Assembly: GCA_010909165.1 (NCBI GenBank)
Contig: MU008169.1
Coordinates: 62,001 to 126,000, forward strand
DNA: 64,000 nt
Direction of reading: 5' to 3'
Origin: Anthoceros angustus
Lineage: Eukaryota > Plantae > Anthocerotophyta
The notes beneath the pieces were generated by a model. It was not told where the DNA came from and ran no database searches. It saw nothing but the letters and a program-made list of their open reading frames with translations. This document shows positions 38,969 through 50,662 of the stretch, piece by piece. The translations under genes were made by a program, and so were the position numbers. Position 1 is the first letter of the stretch. Each line of letters begins with the position of its first letter.

Positions 38969-40226
38969 CTATCTTGTTCCCAAAATGTGGAGGTTCTCAT
39001 TCCAAAACTTGTCTTGAATAATATCATTATGCTCGACCACCAGTGTCGCCTTGTGCGTTTCCCCGTCGTTCGATGTGAACACGTCCACGACCTGTCGCGC
39101 AAGCATATCAGGCTTCCGTTACATGCCGAGGAGAAAGCACATGCAAGGCAGAGTAGCATATCACCTTCCTGTAGACCATGGAACCCTTGCGGAAAATTAG
39201 TGGTAAGTTGTTGTAGTTCACTCCGAACTCATTGAACAGGAGGTCATTTTTGAAGCTCGCTGACGTCCCCTGCCGAAGCAAGCAAGTGGGTTTAGGGTTT
39301 GTGCGGTAAGAAGCTTGCCTGCAGCACATCTGTTCAGGGAAGGAAGCATGACAATTTACCTTGATCGTCTCCTGTGCCTCGGCTCTGGACCTCCCCGATT
39401 GGACCAACAGCCAGTAGCAGGTGTTGTATTGGTTGTTAATATGACCTAAAACAATACGACGAGAGAGAGAGGAACAACACTTAGGTCCCCAAGCTCCAGC
39501 AAGACGAGCTTCCGTTCCGATCAGCGATGAAGCAGAACCGCAGTCGGCTTACAGTCAACCTGCCGCCAAGACAGGTAATCTCGAAGAATTGCATCCGAAG
39601 GGTAGCAGACGGCCCTTCCGTCAAAGGACGGGGCGTACTGCAAAGGCTTCTCCGGGAAAAACAAGGGCCATTTCAGCACGTAAGTGGCTGAAAACAGCGA
39701 CACAACAAGAGACACCAGTTTACTGTACAAACGGAAGCGCGTTAGTCATGTGCTATCTCCGGAGTACCAGTAAACAGAGATACCTCCGGTACCTGCTGCG
39801 CCGTTTGTAGAGTGTGCTGGATTTCTTCAACACGAAACTGCCATGGCACAGGGACCTGTCATGCTCGGCCAGGTAGAGGATGCGGAGAACTTGAGCATTG
39901 GTGTAGGGATAGGGACCTGTATTCATCGCTTTCTCCGTATGCAAACACGAGGTCAGGCATCTCTTGGAGTACCCTCTTCGCGCACTCGTTCATGAGCTGC
40001 AACGCAGGCTCGTCATTTGGCTTCTGAAATCCGTGCACATCGCTGAACCTACAGAAGAGGAACGCCTTCAGAGGTGGCACTTTACACGTTATTCCAGTAG
40101 AGACCACTGCAACGGCTCACACCTTGTGAAAGCATGCCCGTCGATCCGAATGACAACCCAAGTATAAGGTAGCAGTGAGTTGTTGTCCTCAAAGTCCTTC
40201 ACATAAGCATACTTGCTCTTGGCCAT
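38969..40226 (-). CDS. THG1: tRNA(His) guanylyltransferase, single-domain, 7 exons
   Basis: MAKSKYAYVKDFE, RIDG, FQKPND, YGESDEYSF, PSFDGRAVCYP, YLSWRQVDCHINNQYNT, FGVNYNNLPLIFRKGS and VEHNDII..FW. All introns are GT-AG and phase-consistent. Stop at 38969-38971. Confidence 0.95.
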
Positions 40227-40558
40227 CTCCGCCCGCTTCTGCCCTGCCTCCGTCCTCACCCTGGTCGCAAAAGCCCGTAAGGACGTTCACTTCCATATCA
40301 CAGTGCCCCGGCCTAGCTGGGGTTGATGAGCAGTTCCTTTTCTGAAATGGAAATGGGTCATGCTGCCCCTCCTCCCAAGTCGAGCTCTCCGGAAAAGCCA
40401 GCACCTGGCAGGATCGGGATTGGTGGCTGGGACTGTGCGCATGTTATGCCAGCAGGGGAAGAATTCTGAGGCCGTTGGAGCCCTGGAGTCTGCCGCAGAT
40501 AGACCTTGCCCTTTCACACTCTCTGCACTGTCTGTAGCTAAGAGGGTTTCTTTGTGGG

Positions 40559-40787
40559 TTGTTGGATGCAGAGCTTGATAGTTATAATTGCTTCGCGGAG
40601 CGATTGGAGTCCTATATTGCAGACACTGTGACACTTCATCAACAATGCCAGGTTACAGGGCAAGAGCATTCTGGTGGAGGGGGGCCAAGAAACGATGCTT
40701 GACATCGTCTTCAGGACATACCCTTCTGTGACGTCATCGAATGGATCTGTCGCTGGGATTTGTTCGGGTCTTGATATTGCTTCCAGA
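40559..40787 (+). pseudogene. PURA exon-2 fragment
   Basis: Matches about 35092-35318 (..CAACAATGCCAGGTTACAGGGCAAGAG..GCTGGGATTTGTTCGGGTCTTG), with substitutions and an indel. Confidence 0.9.
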
Positions 40788-41329
40788 AGTGCCTTGGCAT
40801 GTTCTTTGTGCCTCAGGAGACCCTCCCTCCATTGCAGCATCCACTTCTTTTCACATGCCAGTACAAAACAACATAACAGCTCAAGTATGGCACCGGGCCA
40901 TGGTCAGCCATCTGGGGCAAGAAGAGGCTGCTTAAACCGTGTCACGTTAAGCCTCTCTGCATGAGTGTCACGACAACCAGCTTCCACCTATCTCGCAAGT
41001 CGGGGACTGGGAGCCCCCCACATATAATTCCTTTGTTTAATGCTGGCCGCCGAAACAGCTCTGGAATAACACTCTACGGTGAGAAGCTTCTCAGCGACTC
41101 CTACAGCACACTCACAGACGAGGTTGTTCAAACCTAGCTCCTGCTGAAACTTTCGCAACACCTGCCCGTCTGTCCTTCGCAGGCCTGCCAACTCCATCAC
41201 CCTGCTCATATGGTCAGCAAGCTCCAACCCTGGCTACCAAGTAGAGAAGATAAAAAGCGATTCCACTGCTGACAGTGCCATAAAATCCCGGTAGACAGTT
41301 GGCGCTCCCGGAGCAGCAGCAGCAGCCAT
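40784..41329 (-). pseudogene. 5' partial copy of the unknown gene at 36710-37904
   Basis: Matches 37337-37904. Starts MAAAAAPGAPTVYRDFMAL, the first donor GTAAGT is changed to GTCAGC, and the 3' exons are missing. Confidence 0.8.
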
Positions 41330-41474
41330 TCCGTGAAAGACCTAGAGGTTGTCCTGGCAGCGATTTTTGTGGCGACCCTCTAGGGCACCCGTGGAATTGT
41401 AACCGTGCGCTAGGCGAGGAGCGCGTTGGCGAGACACCAGGGTTGCAGGCAGGCAGATCCAGCAAGAAGCAGGG

Positions 41475-41909
41475 ATGCCAAACAGGTCCAGCGGGCCCTT
41501 GGACCAGGATTGGGCTCCTGTTGTGGTCCACAAAAGGGCTGCAAATGCGTCCGCGGCTCGGGATCCCAAAGCGGTGAATGCTGCCATCAGGTCTGGGGCC
41601 GATGTGCTCACATTGAAGAAGTTCGATGCCGGCACCAACAAGAAGGAGGCCTCCACCTCCGTCAACGCGCGGAAGCTCGATGAGGAAACGGAACCGGGGA
41701 CTCTGGAGAAGGTGGCCAGCGAAGTGCGGCATGCCATCCAGAAGGCCAGAATCGACAAAAAGCTGACGCAAGCTCAGCTAGCGCAGCAGATCAATGAGAG
41801 GCCCCAGGTTGTGCAGGAGTACGAGGCGGGCAAGGCGGTGCCTAACCAGCAGGTTTTGGCCAAGATGGAGCGCATCCTTGGGGTGAAGCTGAGAGGCAAA
41901 TTGAAGTGA
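41475..41909 (+). CDS. MBF1c: Multiprotein bridging factor 1, intronless MBF1c-type (144 aa)
   Basis: QDWAPVVVHK, RDPKAVNAAIRSG, KKFDAGTNKK, IQKAR..KKLTQAQLAQQINERPQVVQEYEAGKAVPNQQVLAKMERILGVKLRGK (HTH domain). Confidence 0.95.
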   Translation: MPNRSSGPLDQDWAPVVVHKRAANASAARDPKAVNAAIRSGADVLTLKKFDAGTNKKEASTSVNARKLDEETEPGTLEKVASEVRHAIQKARIDKKLTQAQLAQQINERPQVVQEYEAGKAVPNQQVLAKMERILGVKLRGKLK

Positions 41910-42518
41910 TACAGGCGAAGGTAAGCACGAAGCATGCCTCGGTGTCGAATTGCTTAGGGTCTCAGTGTTGTTGTCAGCTGCAGAGAGAGCTGTACGGGGA
42001 GGCGTAGCCAGTTCACCTGTCTGTGATATCTCTCTCCAGGAGAAGGCTGCATACCTCGTTGTAGTTCTTGAGGTGTTGGACCATGCTCAAGATTTTTCAT
42101 GTGCAAACATCATCCTACGCCAGGGTGCACAACTGTGTGGTGATTTTGATAGAAGCTGGGAGCATGCCAGTAATTACATGCGGACCAGCCTAGCTGCCTG
42201 CAACTGTGCCTGTATGGCTAGTATGAATGATGATATGTCGTAAATGCCACTGTGTAGGCAACCTGTGTTACCAGAACTTTGTGCTCTAGGTTCTAACGGG
42301 GCATGAGAAAAGCTGGGTGGGAGCACTGGGGGTCATATCTTGTACTCTGGATGGCTGGTGTGTCCACGTTTTCTGCCAATGAGCTTCTGCTTGGTTGAAC
42401 GAAGCTCTTGTTATCCAGCTTCTCTGAAAGCGAGCAGCACTGTAGATTGCTGCTGTGGGCTCTGTGGAAGGAGATAGCTCCGTCCAGTTTTGCTGTGTGC
42501 ACAGCAAAGGAAAGTTCC

Positions 42519-45247
42519 TCACGACTGAAATGACGATGACGTCAAGTTTTCCATGTGCTCGGAAGACCACAGGCTGCCCGATCTAGAACTAAGCCATTCT
42601 GTGTTGGAGACCGAGCAGGCATCTGTTCCATCTGTTTCGAGACCTCCCGACATAAAGGCTTCCACCGACTTGCTTTGGGAATCTCCAAATCGTCGACCCT
42701 TCGCACAACTTCGCAGAGGGCCCACTTGCAGCAAGCCTAAGTCCCTAAGTTGTTGCACAATCTGGGCCATGGACGGTCTGTGTCGACCACTGGTCTTGAC
42801 GCACCACAAAGAAAGCTTGATCAGCTCAATAAATTCGAAGTCGTCATACGCATCCCCCAAATTCGGATCACACAGCTCTAGGATCTGTCCTGCTTTCCAG
42901 GCTTGCCGAACCTGAAAATGGCTACCAAGGTGTTAAGGGTCTGATTGGGAGCATGTCCCAGAAATAACTAGCTGGTGTACAAATGACTTGAGGCTTACCC
43001 GCTGGCCGATGAAAATATGATCCTGTGGGTCAGTCGGGTGTCTTGCTGTGAGTATCTCCATAAGCAGAACTCCAAACGCATACACATCGCTCTTCTCTGT
43101 GAGTTTTCTTGTTTGGTAGTACCTACAGGAAGGATAGTAATCAAACTGGGGAAGCAGGGTCCCGTATTGACAATTCACTTGTAGTATCCTACGGTAGAAG
43201 GCGAAGCTTACTCTGGATCCAGATAGCCGAAGGTTCCTTTTACCACAGTTGTAATATGAGTAGCATCTGGTTCGACTGCTACCATTTTGGAGAGGCCGAA
43301 GTCTGCCACTTTGGCACACATCATGTCATCCAGAAGAATGTTGTTACTCTTCACATCACGATGGAAAATGGCTGGCCTGCATCCGTGATGTAGGTACTCC
43401 AGACCTGTAGAACAGTACGTACATTTATGAGCCTGTCCACAGTACATCGTGTCACCTCGTCCAGCCTGTGCCCTGTGTTTCCCCAACCACCTGTCCACAG
43501 GTATACCTACCTTCTGCAACTTGCATCACTATCCTTGTCCTTTCGTTCCAGCTCAATGGTTGGGACACAGCGTTATCGCCTGAGAAACAAGTTCCAACGC
43601 CGTCAGACATGCCGTCTTGCCTTTCCACACGACTATCCGCATATATGTTTAGGCAAGTCAAGTTACCATGGAGTCTCTGATGGAGGTCCCCTCCGCTCAT
43701 GTATTCATACACGAGTATCTTAGTTTTCCATGCGAGGCAGTAACCCACAAGGCAGACAAGGTACTGGTGATGCACCACAGACAGCAGCTTAATCTGCACA
43801 TCCAAGTCGGCATCTGTTTTTGAATCGGATACAGTAGAGTGGTGCCTTGAGAACTTCAACAGCAATTTGGTGCAAAGAGCATTCATGGTACACCAGGCTC
43901 ACCTCATTGTAAAACTCATCTTTGCCTTGGCTAGAAATTGCTGATAAGACCTTGACAGCAACTTGTCGCCCGTCTGCCAGCTTGCCATGATAAACTTTCC
44001 CAAAGCCACCTTGACCGAGCTTCTTCTCAAATCTGTTCGTAGCTCGCCGAATCATGGCTAGCGACAACGGCAGACATCGCCCTCCATCTTTCAGCAACTC
44101 ATTTGACAGATGCTTCCCCGCTGGATTGAAGACACCTACAAATCCAAAGCATCCCAGAATGTAGTACATCAGCACAATCATTCGGGCCCTAATTTTCAGG
44201 CGACGATCGTGGCGTGGATTGCTTGTCCTCACCTAAACAACAACCATAATACAATGACAATCCCCCGACCAGCGCCCCGAATGCACCAGTAACCATAACC
44301 ACGCCAGCCAGCACCCCTACAATCCAAACCCACGATCGCAACCTTAAACCGGAGCGTGAGCCAGGATCTTCCGCCAGGTGCGAAGTCCAAATGGCCTGGT
44401 CCATCTGCAGGCTGTTGAAGATGGACAGATTGCCCCTATCGCTCAAATACAGCACATAGCTATCCGAGGGACGCGGCCCTCGCACATCGCTGGCCCACGC
44501 CACCCCGCCCCTCCTCCCGACAATCTCCAGATTCCCGTCCTCCTGCAACGCGACGGCCTTGCATTCCTCTCCTTCCAGCCTGCTGAAGTTGCTGTGCCAG
44601 AGAAGCCAGCTGTTCTGGGATTCGATGTGCCACAGCTCCAGGTAGCAGCTGGAATTTAGCGTCAGGCTGAATTTCCCGTTTCTCAAGGGAGTACCCACAG
44701 GCAGCTGGTAGCCAGCCACCATGTATATCAAATTGGCAGGCGTCAACCATTCCTGGTTCCGGCTGTCAGGCCTATCGGCGAACCCCGGCCCCGGCCCCAG
44801 CGACGACTGAGTCGGGAGCTGGGACCAGATGGCGCGTTCGGTATTCTTCAACAGCTTGATGCTCACCTTGCCGCTGGCCTCCAGCAGGAGGTAATTCTCG
44901 TCCCCAGTAACCCCGTTAGACTCCCAGATGAGCGAGCTCCCCGTCTGGTCGTAAATGTTCAGGTACCCGTTGCCCTGCAGCTTTGCTATGCAGCCCGTTC
45001 CCTTCCCCCCCGTCCCGGTCTCCCAGACCTTGCTCCGCGTCCCCTCATACAGCACCAGGTTGCAGTCGCTCTGCATCACCAGGCTGTAGTTCCCCGCCTG
45101 CAGGTAGTTGCTACTGTCCAGGTAACTGAGGCAGCCCAGAATGCTCATCCCCCGCACCCCCAGGACTGCTCCCTGCAGCCCCAGCCCCAGCAGCAGCAGC
45201 AGCAGCATTCTGGGCATTGCTGCTACAGCCCTGAGAGGCACTCCCAT
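42519..45247 (-). CDS. Receptor-like kinase: signal peptide, two bulb-type (GNA/B) lectin domains, TM and RD kinase; 7 exons
   Basis: QSDCNLVLY (QxDxNxVxY motif), second lectin repeat [40 protein letters not shown], and kinase motifs [37 protein letters not shown] and KSDVYAFGV. Introns checked as phase-consistent. Confidence 0.93.
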
Positions 45248-46262
45248 GCTAGGAGCACAGATTTACACCTCGCCACGTCCTGACGTTGCAGGGTCCCGGA
45301 CAGAGGCCGGGGCCGGGGCCGGCCGACCTGCTCCCACAGTCTCGCCGCGGGCACCGATCCAGTGACGAGAAGCCGCATAGGGGACGCGAGAGTCTGGAGC
45401 TCTGGACAGGGGATTGCTGCGTGCCTGGAGGAGGTGGCTCCAATTGTGAAGCCGATTGAGACGACTCAAACAAGCAGCCAGGAGCGATAACAATCCTCTC
45501 GACACGCTCATCAGCTGCCGGCCAAGTGCAGTCGGTCCAAGCAGGACGTAGAACCAGTTCCGGTCCAACGGTACGGTGAACGCGTTCACGCATATGGCAC
45601 CGGGTACGATCTCGTATAGCCATTTACCAAAATCGGCTGCTCAGGAGGGCAAACTCCTCCATTTCCTAAGTCGCTACACTTCAATCTTCAATCCTTGTGG
45701 TGGCGCAACTCAGTTCCTCTTCACCTCTTGACATTATGATAATACATATCCCCACCCTATGGCAGCACCTTTTGCGACACGAGTCAAAGAGTCCCCTCGG
45801 GATCATCACCCCCACATATGTATATAAAATCACAGTGGGTGGTCCCTGCGAAGCCACTCTATTGACTTGGGCAACATTAGATTTTGACTAGAGTATATTG
45901 ATTTTTTGGTATAAAAAAAGAACATATAATATACAGTAATGTACAGCAAAGAGATCACATTTGTACGAAAATCAAATCATTCGTAGGTCCTCTTAGCCAA
46001 TTGCTGAGGGGGAGAGTTGAAAGACATTCTTGCGAAGTATATAAATTAAATCATATACTCTTAATCTCATTCTTGTTGTTGGGCAGAATCACTAATGCCC
46101 AAGCGCTCGGCGCTAGGATAGATACCTAGCGGGAATCGTGAAATAACTTAGATAATTATTCTAACTTAGATAATTATTATTCTAATGGAAAAGTTTTTCC
46201 CTTATTTAAAGGTCCATGATGGCTCCACATTCTAAGAAAGTCATGAAAGGGCCTGGTCTTCG

Positions 46263-46460
46263 ATAAAAGGAGACTTACAGCATAAATTGTAGATAGACAT
46301 GACCAATAATAAAAATAAACACATCAATATCACCATGCAGGATTGGATATATGTCTGCCTTGTCTTCAATAAAAGGAGACTTACTGCATAAATTGGAAAG
46401 AGACATGACCAATAATAAAAATAAATGCATCGATATCACCATGAGGATTAGATAAATATT
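46263..46460. repeat. About 106-bp tandem duplication
   Basis: ATAAAAGGAGACTTAC..CATAAATTG..AGACATGACCAATAATAAAAATAAA occurs at 46263 and 46369. Confidence 0.8.
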
Positions 46461-46659
46461 ATCATGCGATGTTTGATATGACATGTACTCAAAAGCAATT
46501 GTAGGAGGGATTTTTTATTGAGGTGAAAAACCAATGGGAAAAGCCCATCAAAGAGGGGACAACCAAAGGGAACCAGGGGGTCGAGGTGGAGAGGAGCAAC
46601 TAAGCTTCCTACCTAAATTCACCTACTGCACCCACAATGTCATATGCAGAAAGAATAAA

Positions 46660-46757
46660 CAGCCTGCAAACCACGGAGGTAGAGGAAGATGCGTCACCTA
46701 CTGTTGCAGCCTGCAAACCACGGAGGTAGAGGAAGATGCGTCACCTACTGTTGCCGC
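46660..46757. repeat. Exact 47-bp tandem duplication
   Basis: CAGCCTGCAAACCACGGAGGTAGAGGAAGATGCGTCACCTACTGTTG occurs at 46660 and 46707. Confidence 0.95.
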
Positions 46758-47393
46758 CTTGTGGAGGATCGCCGTTGAAAGCGCCCAATGAAGGGTAATT
46801 GAAACCCGTTGTCAGAAGTATGATGTGAAGTACGAGAGGGACAGCCCTGCACCGTGTCACCCGATGGTCGAGAACGCCTTCAATATGCCTTTGAGAAAGC
46901 AATTGTAGTCCTATAGATTTGATGTATATCATCTAGGTCATATCATAAGTCATCTTAAAGCTTAAATTAATATTGTTTTTCTATGGTATCAATTGATGAC
47001 GTAAATCTACTATACAAACTTCATGCAAAGATTGGAATAGATCGCAAAACAAGATATGATAGATGATAAAAGAGACATTACTTGGCTTTAATATTGGATC
47101 TCAGGGAGTTTTCAATGAATATTTAATTATATATTTAATTATATTTAGTACTCCTCTTCCAATGCTCGGTTTTTCTCAATGCATGTTTAACTATATTTAC
47201 AACTTATCGATGTGTTTTTATTAAAACTTCTATATATGTGTGCAAGCGCATAGGAATCTTGAACTCTTCTATGTTCATGAAGCCTTACATTCATAGTAAG
47301 AACATTATTTGCATATTTGAATATTAGAATTGAGTTGTTTAGTTCTTTATTTTTTCTTATAATATTTTATGATTTGATGTGCTAGCATTCAAG

Positions 47394-48630
47394 ATGGAAG
47401 CAACGAGCTTAGAACAAGGAGACGATAACAAAATATTGCACGTAAGTTGTCCTACTTGTGGAAGTGCTTGTCCCAAGTGCCAAGATCTAACTGTCAAACA
47501 CCACAAGCCAGAAGATTCAGAGCCAGTGAGTGTCCTTGACTAATTGGAATATGTTTTGTACAAGCTTTACAAATCATTGCAAGTTTGCAGAATACGTATA
47601 CTTGACCAATTTGTTTAACTGTCTATATATCTATATTTTTTTTATTAAAATATGACCCTTTTTTTGTTTCAGCACGAAGATTTCAACTCGTCACAGTATG
47701 AATGGATAACAGTGAAAGTTATGTATCAACATAGCTCCAGTATGGAGATGGTGAAAACCAAGCCTAACCATGATATTGGAGCAACTAATGATGACTATGA
47801 TTCTGAAGCAACCATCGAAGACAAAGAGTATTACTCGAAAGCAATTGTAGCTTGGAGGAAGGAAGAAACTATGAATGGAGTTGTAAAGAGACAAAGATCA
47901 GATGGCCTTCTTCAAAACGCCAACAAAGTGCAAAAGGTGTGTTCCGAGGCTCTTTTGGGAGGGGTGAGTAACCATGATCTCTTGGAATATGATACAAATA
48001 CGAGATTTTTGTACTTCTTTGAATATGCTTTATTTTCATGTTACAATAGAACGTAATGTTGAATTCATTTTCTTTCTTTCAGGATAAGGATTTGATCGAA
48101 TCTGGGCTTTCAAAATTTGAGGAAGGTATAGTAAAGGTTTAATACTTTATTATGACTTTATCATAGATTGAATTAAATTAAAGTTTGATTTGAATTCCAA
48201 TGTAACTTTCATAGACACAACTAGGAGCGATGAAGAAGCCAAAAGGGGGGAAGAGAAGAAATCAGAACAAAGATCATTGATGAAGAAAGCATCTGAAGTT
48301 TTTCCTGCGCGCGAGATTTGGGTACCTATTCCTCATGACCTTAACATTGTTCTTGCTCCTCAGTATGCTTTAGCGAAAGGAGAAGGGGCACCTTTTGCCC
48401 CTGGGGGATGGAAGTGGACTACTGGTTCTAGGACAAATACCAACAATACACTTTGGAAGGACCGTTATCTACAACCTACCAAAGATTTTCTGGAAATCTA
48501 TGGAGGAAAGCGTGAAGTGATAAGGAGTAAGAAGGCCTTAGCAGAATACATCTCCAAGTACCACAGTAGTGTTTCCATCAAAGATGTCATGACATCCTTC
48601 GTTTGGAATATTCCTATTAAGTTTAGGTAG
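47394..48630 (+). CDS. MBD-like protein copy A (about 293 aa), with N-terminal CxxC-x3-CxxC and a C-terminal divergent methyl-CpG-binding-domain-like motif; exons 47394-47525, 47673-47963, 48083-48125, 48215-48630
   Basis: Four phase-consistent GT-AG exons totalling 882 nt. Contains CPTCGSACPKC and APGGWKWTTGSRTNTNNTLWKDRYLQP..GGKREVIRSKKALAEYI..SFVW, which follows the MBD pattern P.GW..R..D.Y..P.G..RS(K)..L..Y. Confidence 0.7.
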
Positions 48631-48864
48631 TAGATCTAGAATATTCGTATTAAGTTCAAGTAGTAGATCTAGACGACTTTATGAACTAAGCTCAAGTAGA
48701 TCTAGATGACTTCATAAACAGGAATGCGCTTGCTAAGCTTAAGTGCCTGCTAAGCTTAAGGCCAAATTCGTCGGAGACGATGAGCTCGTAAGTTGCTACA
48801 CTTAGTCCTTTTGGTGGCGCAACACAATTCCACTGGCGTTATTTGTCATAATGTACATACGTTC

Positions 48865-48988
48865 AGCCTCTTGCGACAACTTCAATCATGCATGAGTCTC
48901 TGGTCACAAAGTATGGTCCATATCCGAGCCTCTTGCGACAACTTCAATCATGCATGAGTCTCTGGTCACAAAGTATGGTCCATATCCG
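48865..48988. repeat. Exact 62-bp tandem duplication
   Basis: AGCCTCTTGCGACAAC..GGTCCATATCCG occurs at 48865 and 48927. Confidence 0.95.
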
Positions 48989-49289
48989 GACATATGTATG
49001 TAGAATCATAGCGAACCGTGGTCCCTATGGATGAGGTTGGACGACCATTTTATGATGTCTTGACTAGAGCATATGAATTAAATTATTAAATCATGGCTCT
49101 TGTCGTTAACCAAACCATCAATGCCTAAACTAGGTTCTTTAGCAGTTTGTAGGATAGAATATAAGAGTCTGGATAGCTTGTACAATAGAAGAACAAGAAA
49201 AAGACACAACAACATCTTTGAGAAACAACTTCCTATCGTTAGATATGCCGTCATGTCCTTTCACAATACTATCCCTCGAAATATCTATG

Positions 49290-50285
49290 CATTGCCAAGT
49301 CAAAGTACCATGGAGTCTTTGTTGAAGAACCCCTCAGCTCATGTATACATATACGAGCATCTTAGTTTTACACGCAAGGCAGTAATCCATGAGGGAGACA
49401 AGGTACCATAGTGATGCATCACAGACATACCATAGTGATGCTTCACAGACAACAGTTTTATCTGCATATCGATATCCATGTCGATTTTTGTATCTGTATT
49501 TGAATTGGATACAGCATAATGGTGCCTTTAACAATGGGATGCAATGAGCATTAATTAATGGTAGACAAAGCTCACCTCATTATAAAACTCATCTTTACTT
49601 AGGCTAGAAATTATTGATAAAATTACCTTGATAGCAACTTGGCGCTCATCTACCAGCTTCCCATGAGATACTTTCCCAAAGCCACCTTGACAGTACCGAG
49701 CTTCTTCTCAAACATCAGCACAATCAGCTAGGCCTCAATTTTTGGGAGAGGAGTGTAATGATGGGTTGTTGTCCTAGACCTTACCTAAACAACAACCATA
49801 ATACAATGACAATCCCTTGACCAACACCCTCGATGCAACAAGAACGATGACAACTATCTACAATCCACGATGACCACGAAGACCACGATCTAGCAAGCAA
49901 GTCTACAATCCAAACCAACAATTATAGCCTTAGACCAAAGCGTGAGCCATGATTTTTTACCAAGGTGCCAAGTCTCAATGGCTTGGTCCAGGCGCAGGCT
50001 ATTGAAGAGGAACAAATTGCCCGTATTACTCAAATATAACACATAGCTATCCACGGGAGCTGCAGGCTATTGAAGACGAATAAATTGCTCGTATCACTTA
50101 AATACAATACATAGCTATCCACGGGAGCTACGACCCTCGCACATTCCTGGCCGACACCACCTCGCCCCTGACGCTGCAAATCTCTAGATTCTCACCTTCC
50201 TACAATGCAAGAGTCTTGCACTCCTCTCCTTCGCTGAAGTTGTTGTGCTAGAGAAGCGAGCTGTTCTACGATTCCAAGTGCCCTA
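49290..50285 (-). pseudogene. Degenerate lectin receptor kinase fragment (second lectin domain, TM and kinase N-lobe)
   Basis: Colinear similarity to about 43655-44630, with stops, frameshifts and an internal duplication of about 68 bp (49994/50062). Confidence 0.85.
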
Positions 50286-50662
50286 TGTGTGTCGCCAAAT
50301 GGACACACATCTATAAGAACATAATTTGAAATGGACACACATAATATGAATATTTTTATTATTGTTAAATAGGGAAAATATATTCGGGACACCTCCCTTA
50401 ATGGGACCTCTAAGGGCACTCCGAACCAGTCTCAATTAGGGGGGGTGGACTGTAGAAACATCCCTGACCAGGGCGCACTGGACAGCCGGTGAACTTGCGA
50501 GCGCATTGGCTTTGGCGCACGTGAACTTCCTGCTTGGCACGTACAGGCAGGGCAATTTCTGCTCTTGTCGTGATCAAATAAGATGTCCCTTGCCTATGCT
50601 GCTGCGGAAATGTATGATAAAGGATACCGGATTGGCCTGTGTTTGAGGTGGAACATTAAAGA

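Noticed and set aside
38649-39017. 122-aa plus-strand ORF overlapping the THG1 3' end
   Set aside because: No recognisable motif, and it is partly antisense to THG1; insufficient support for a gene call.
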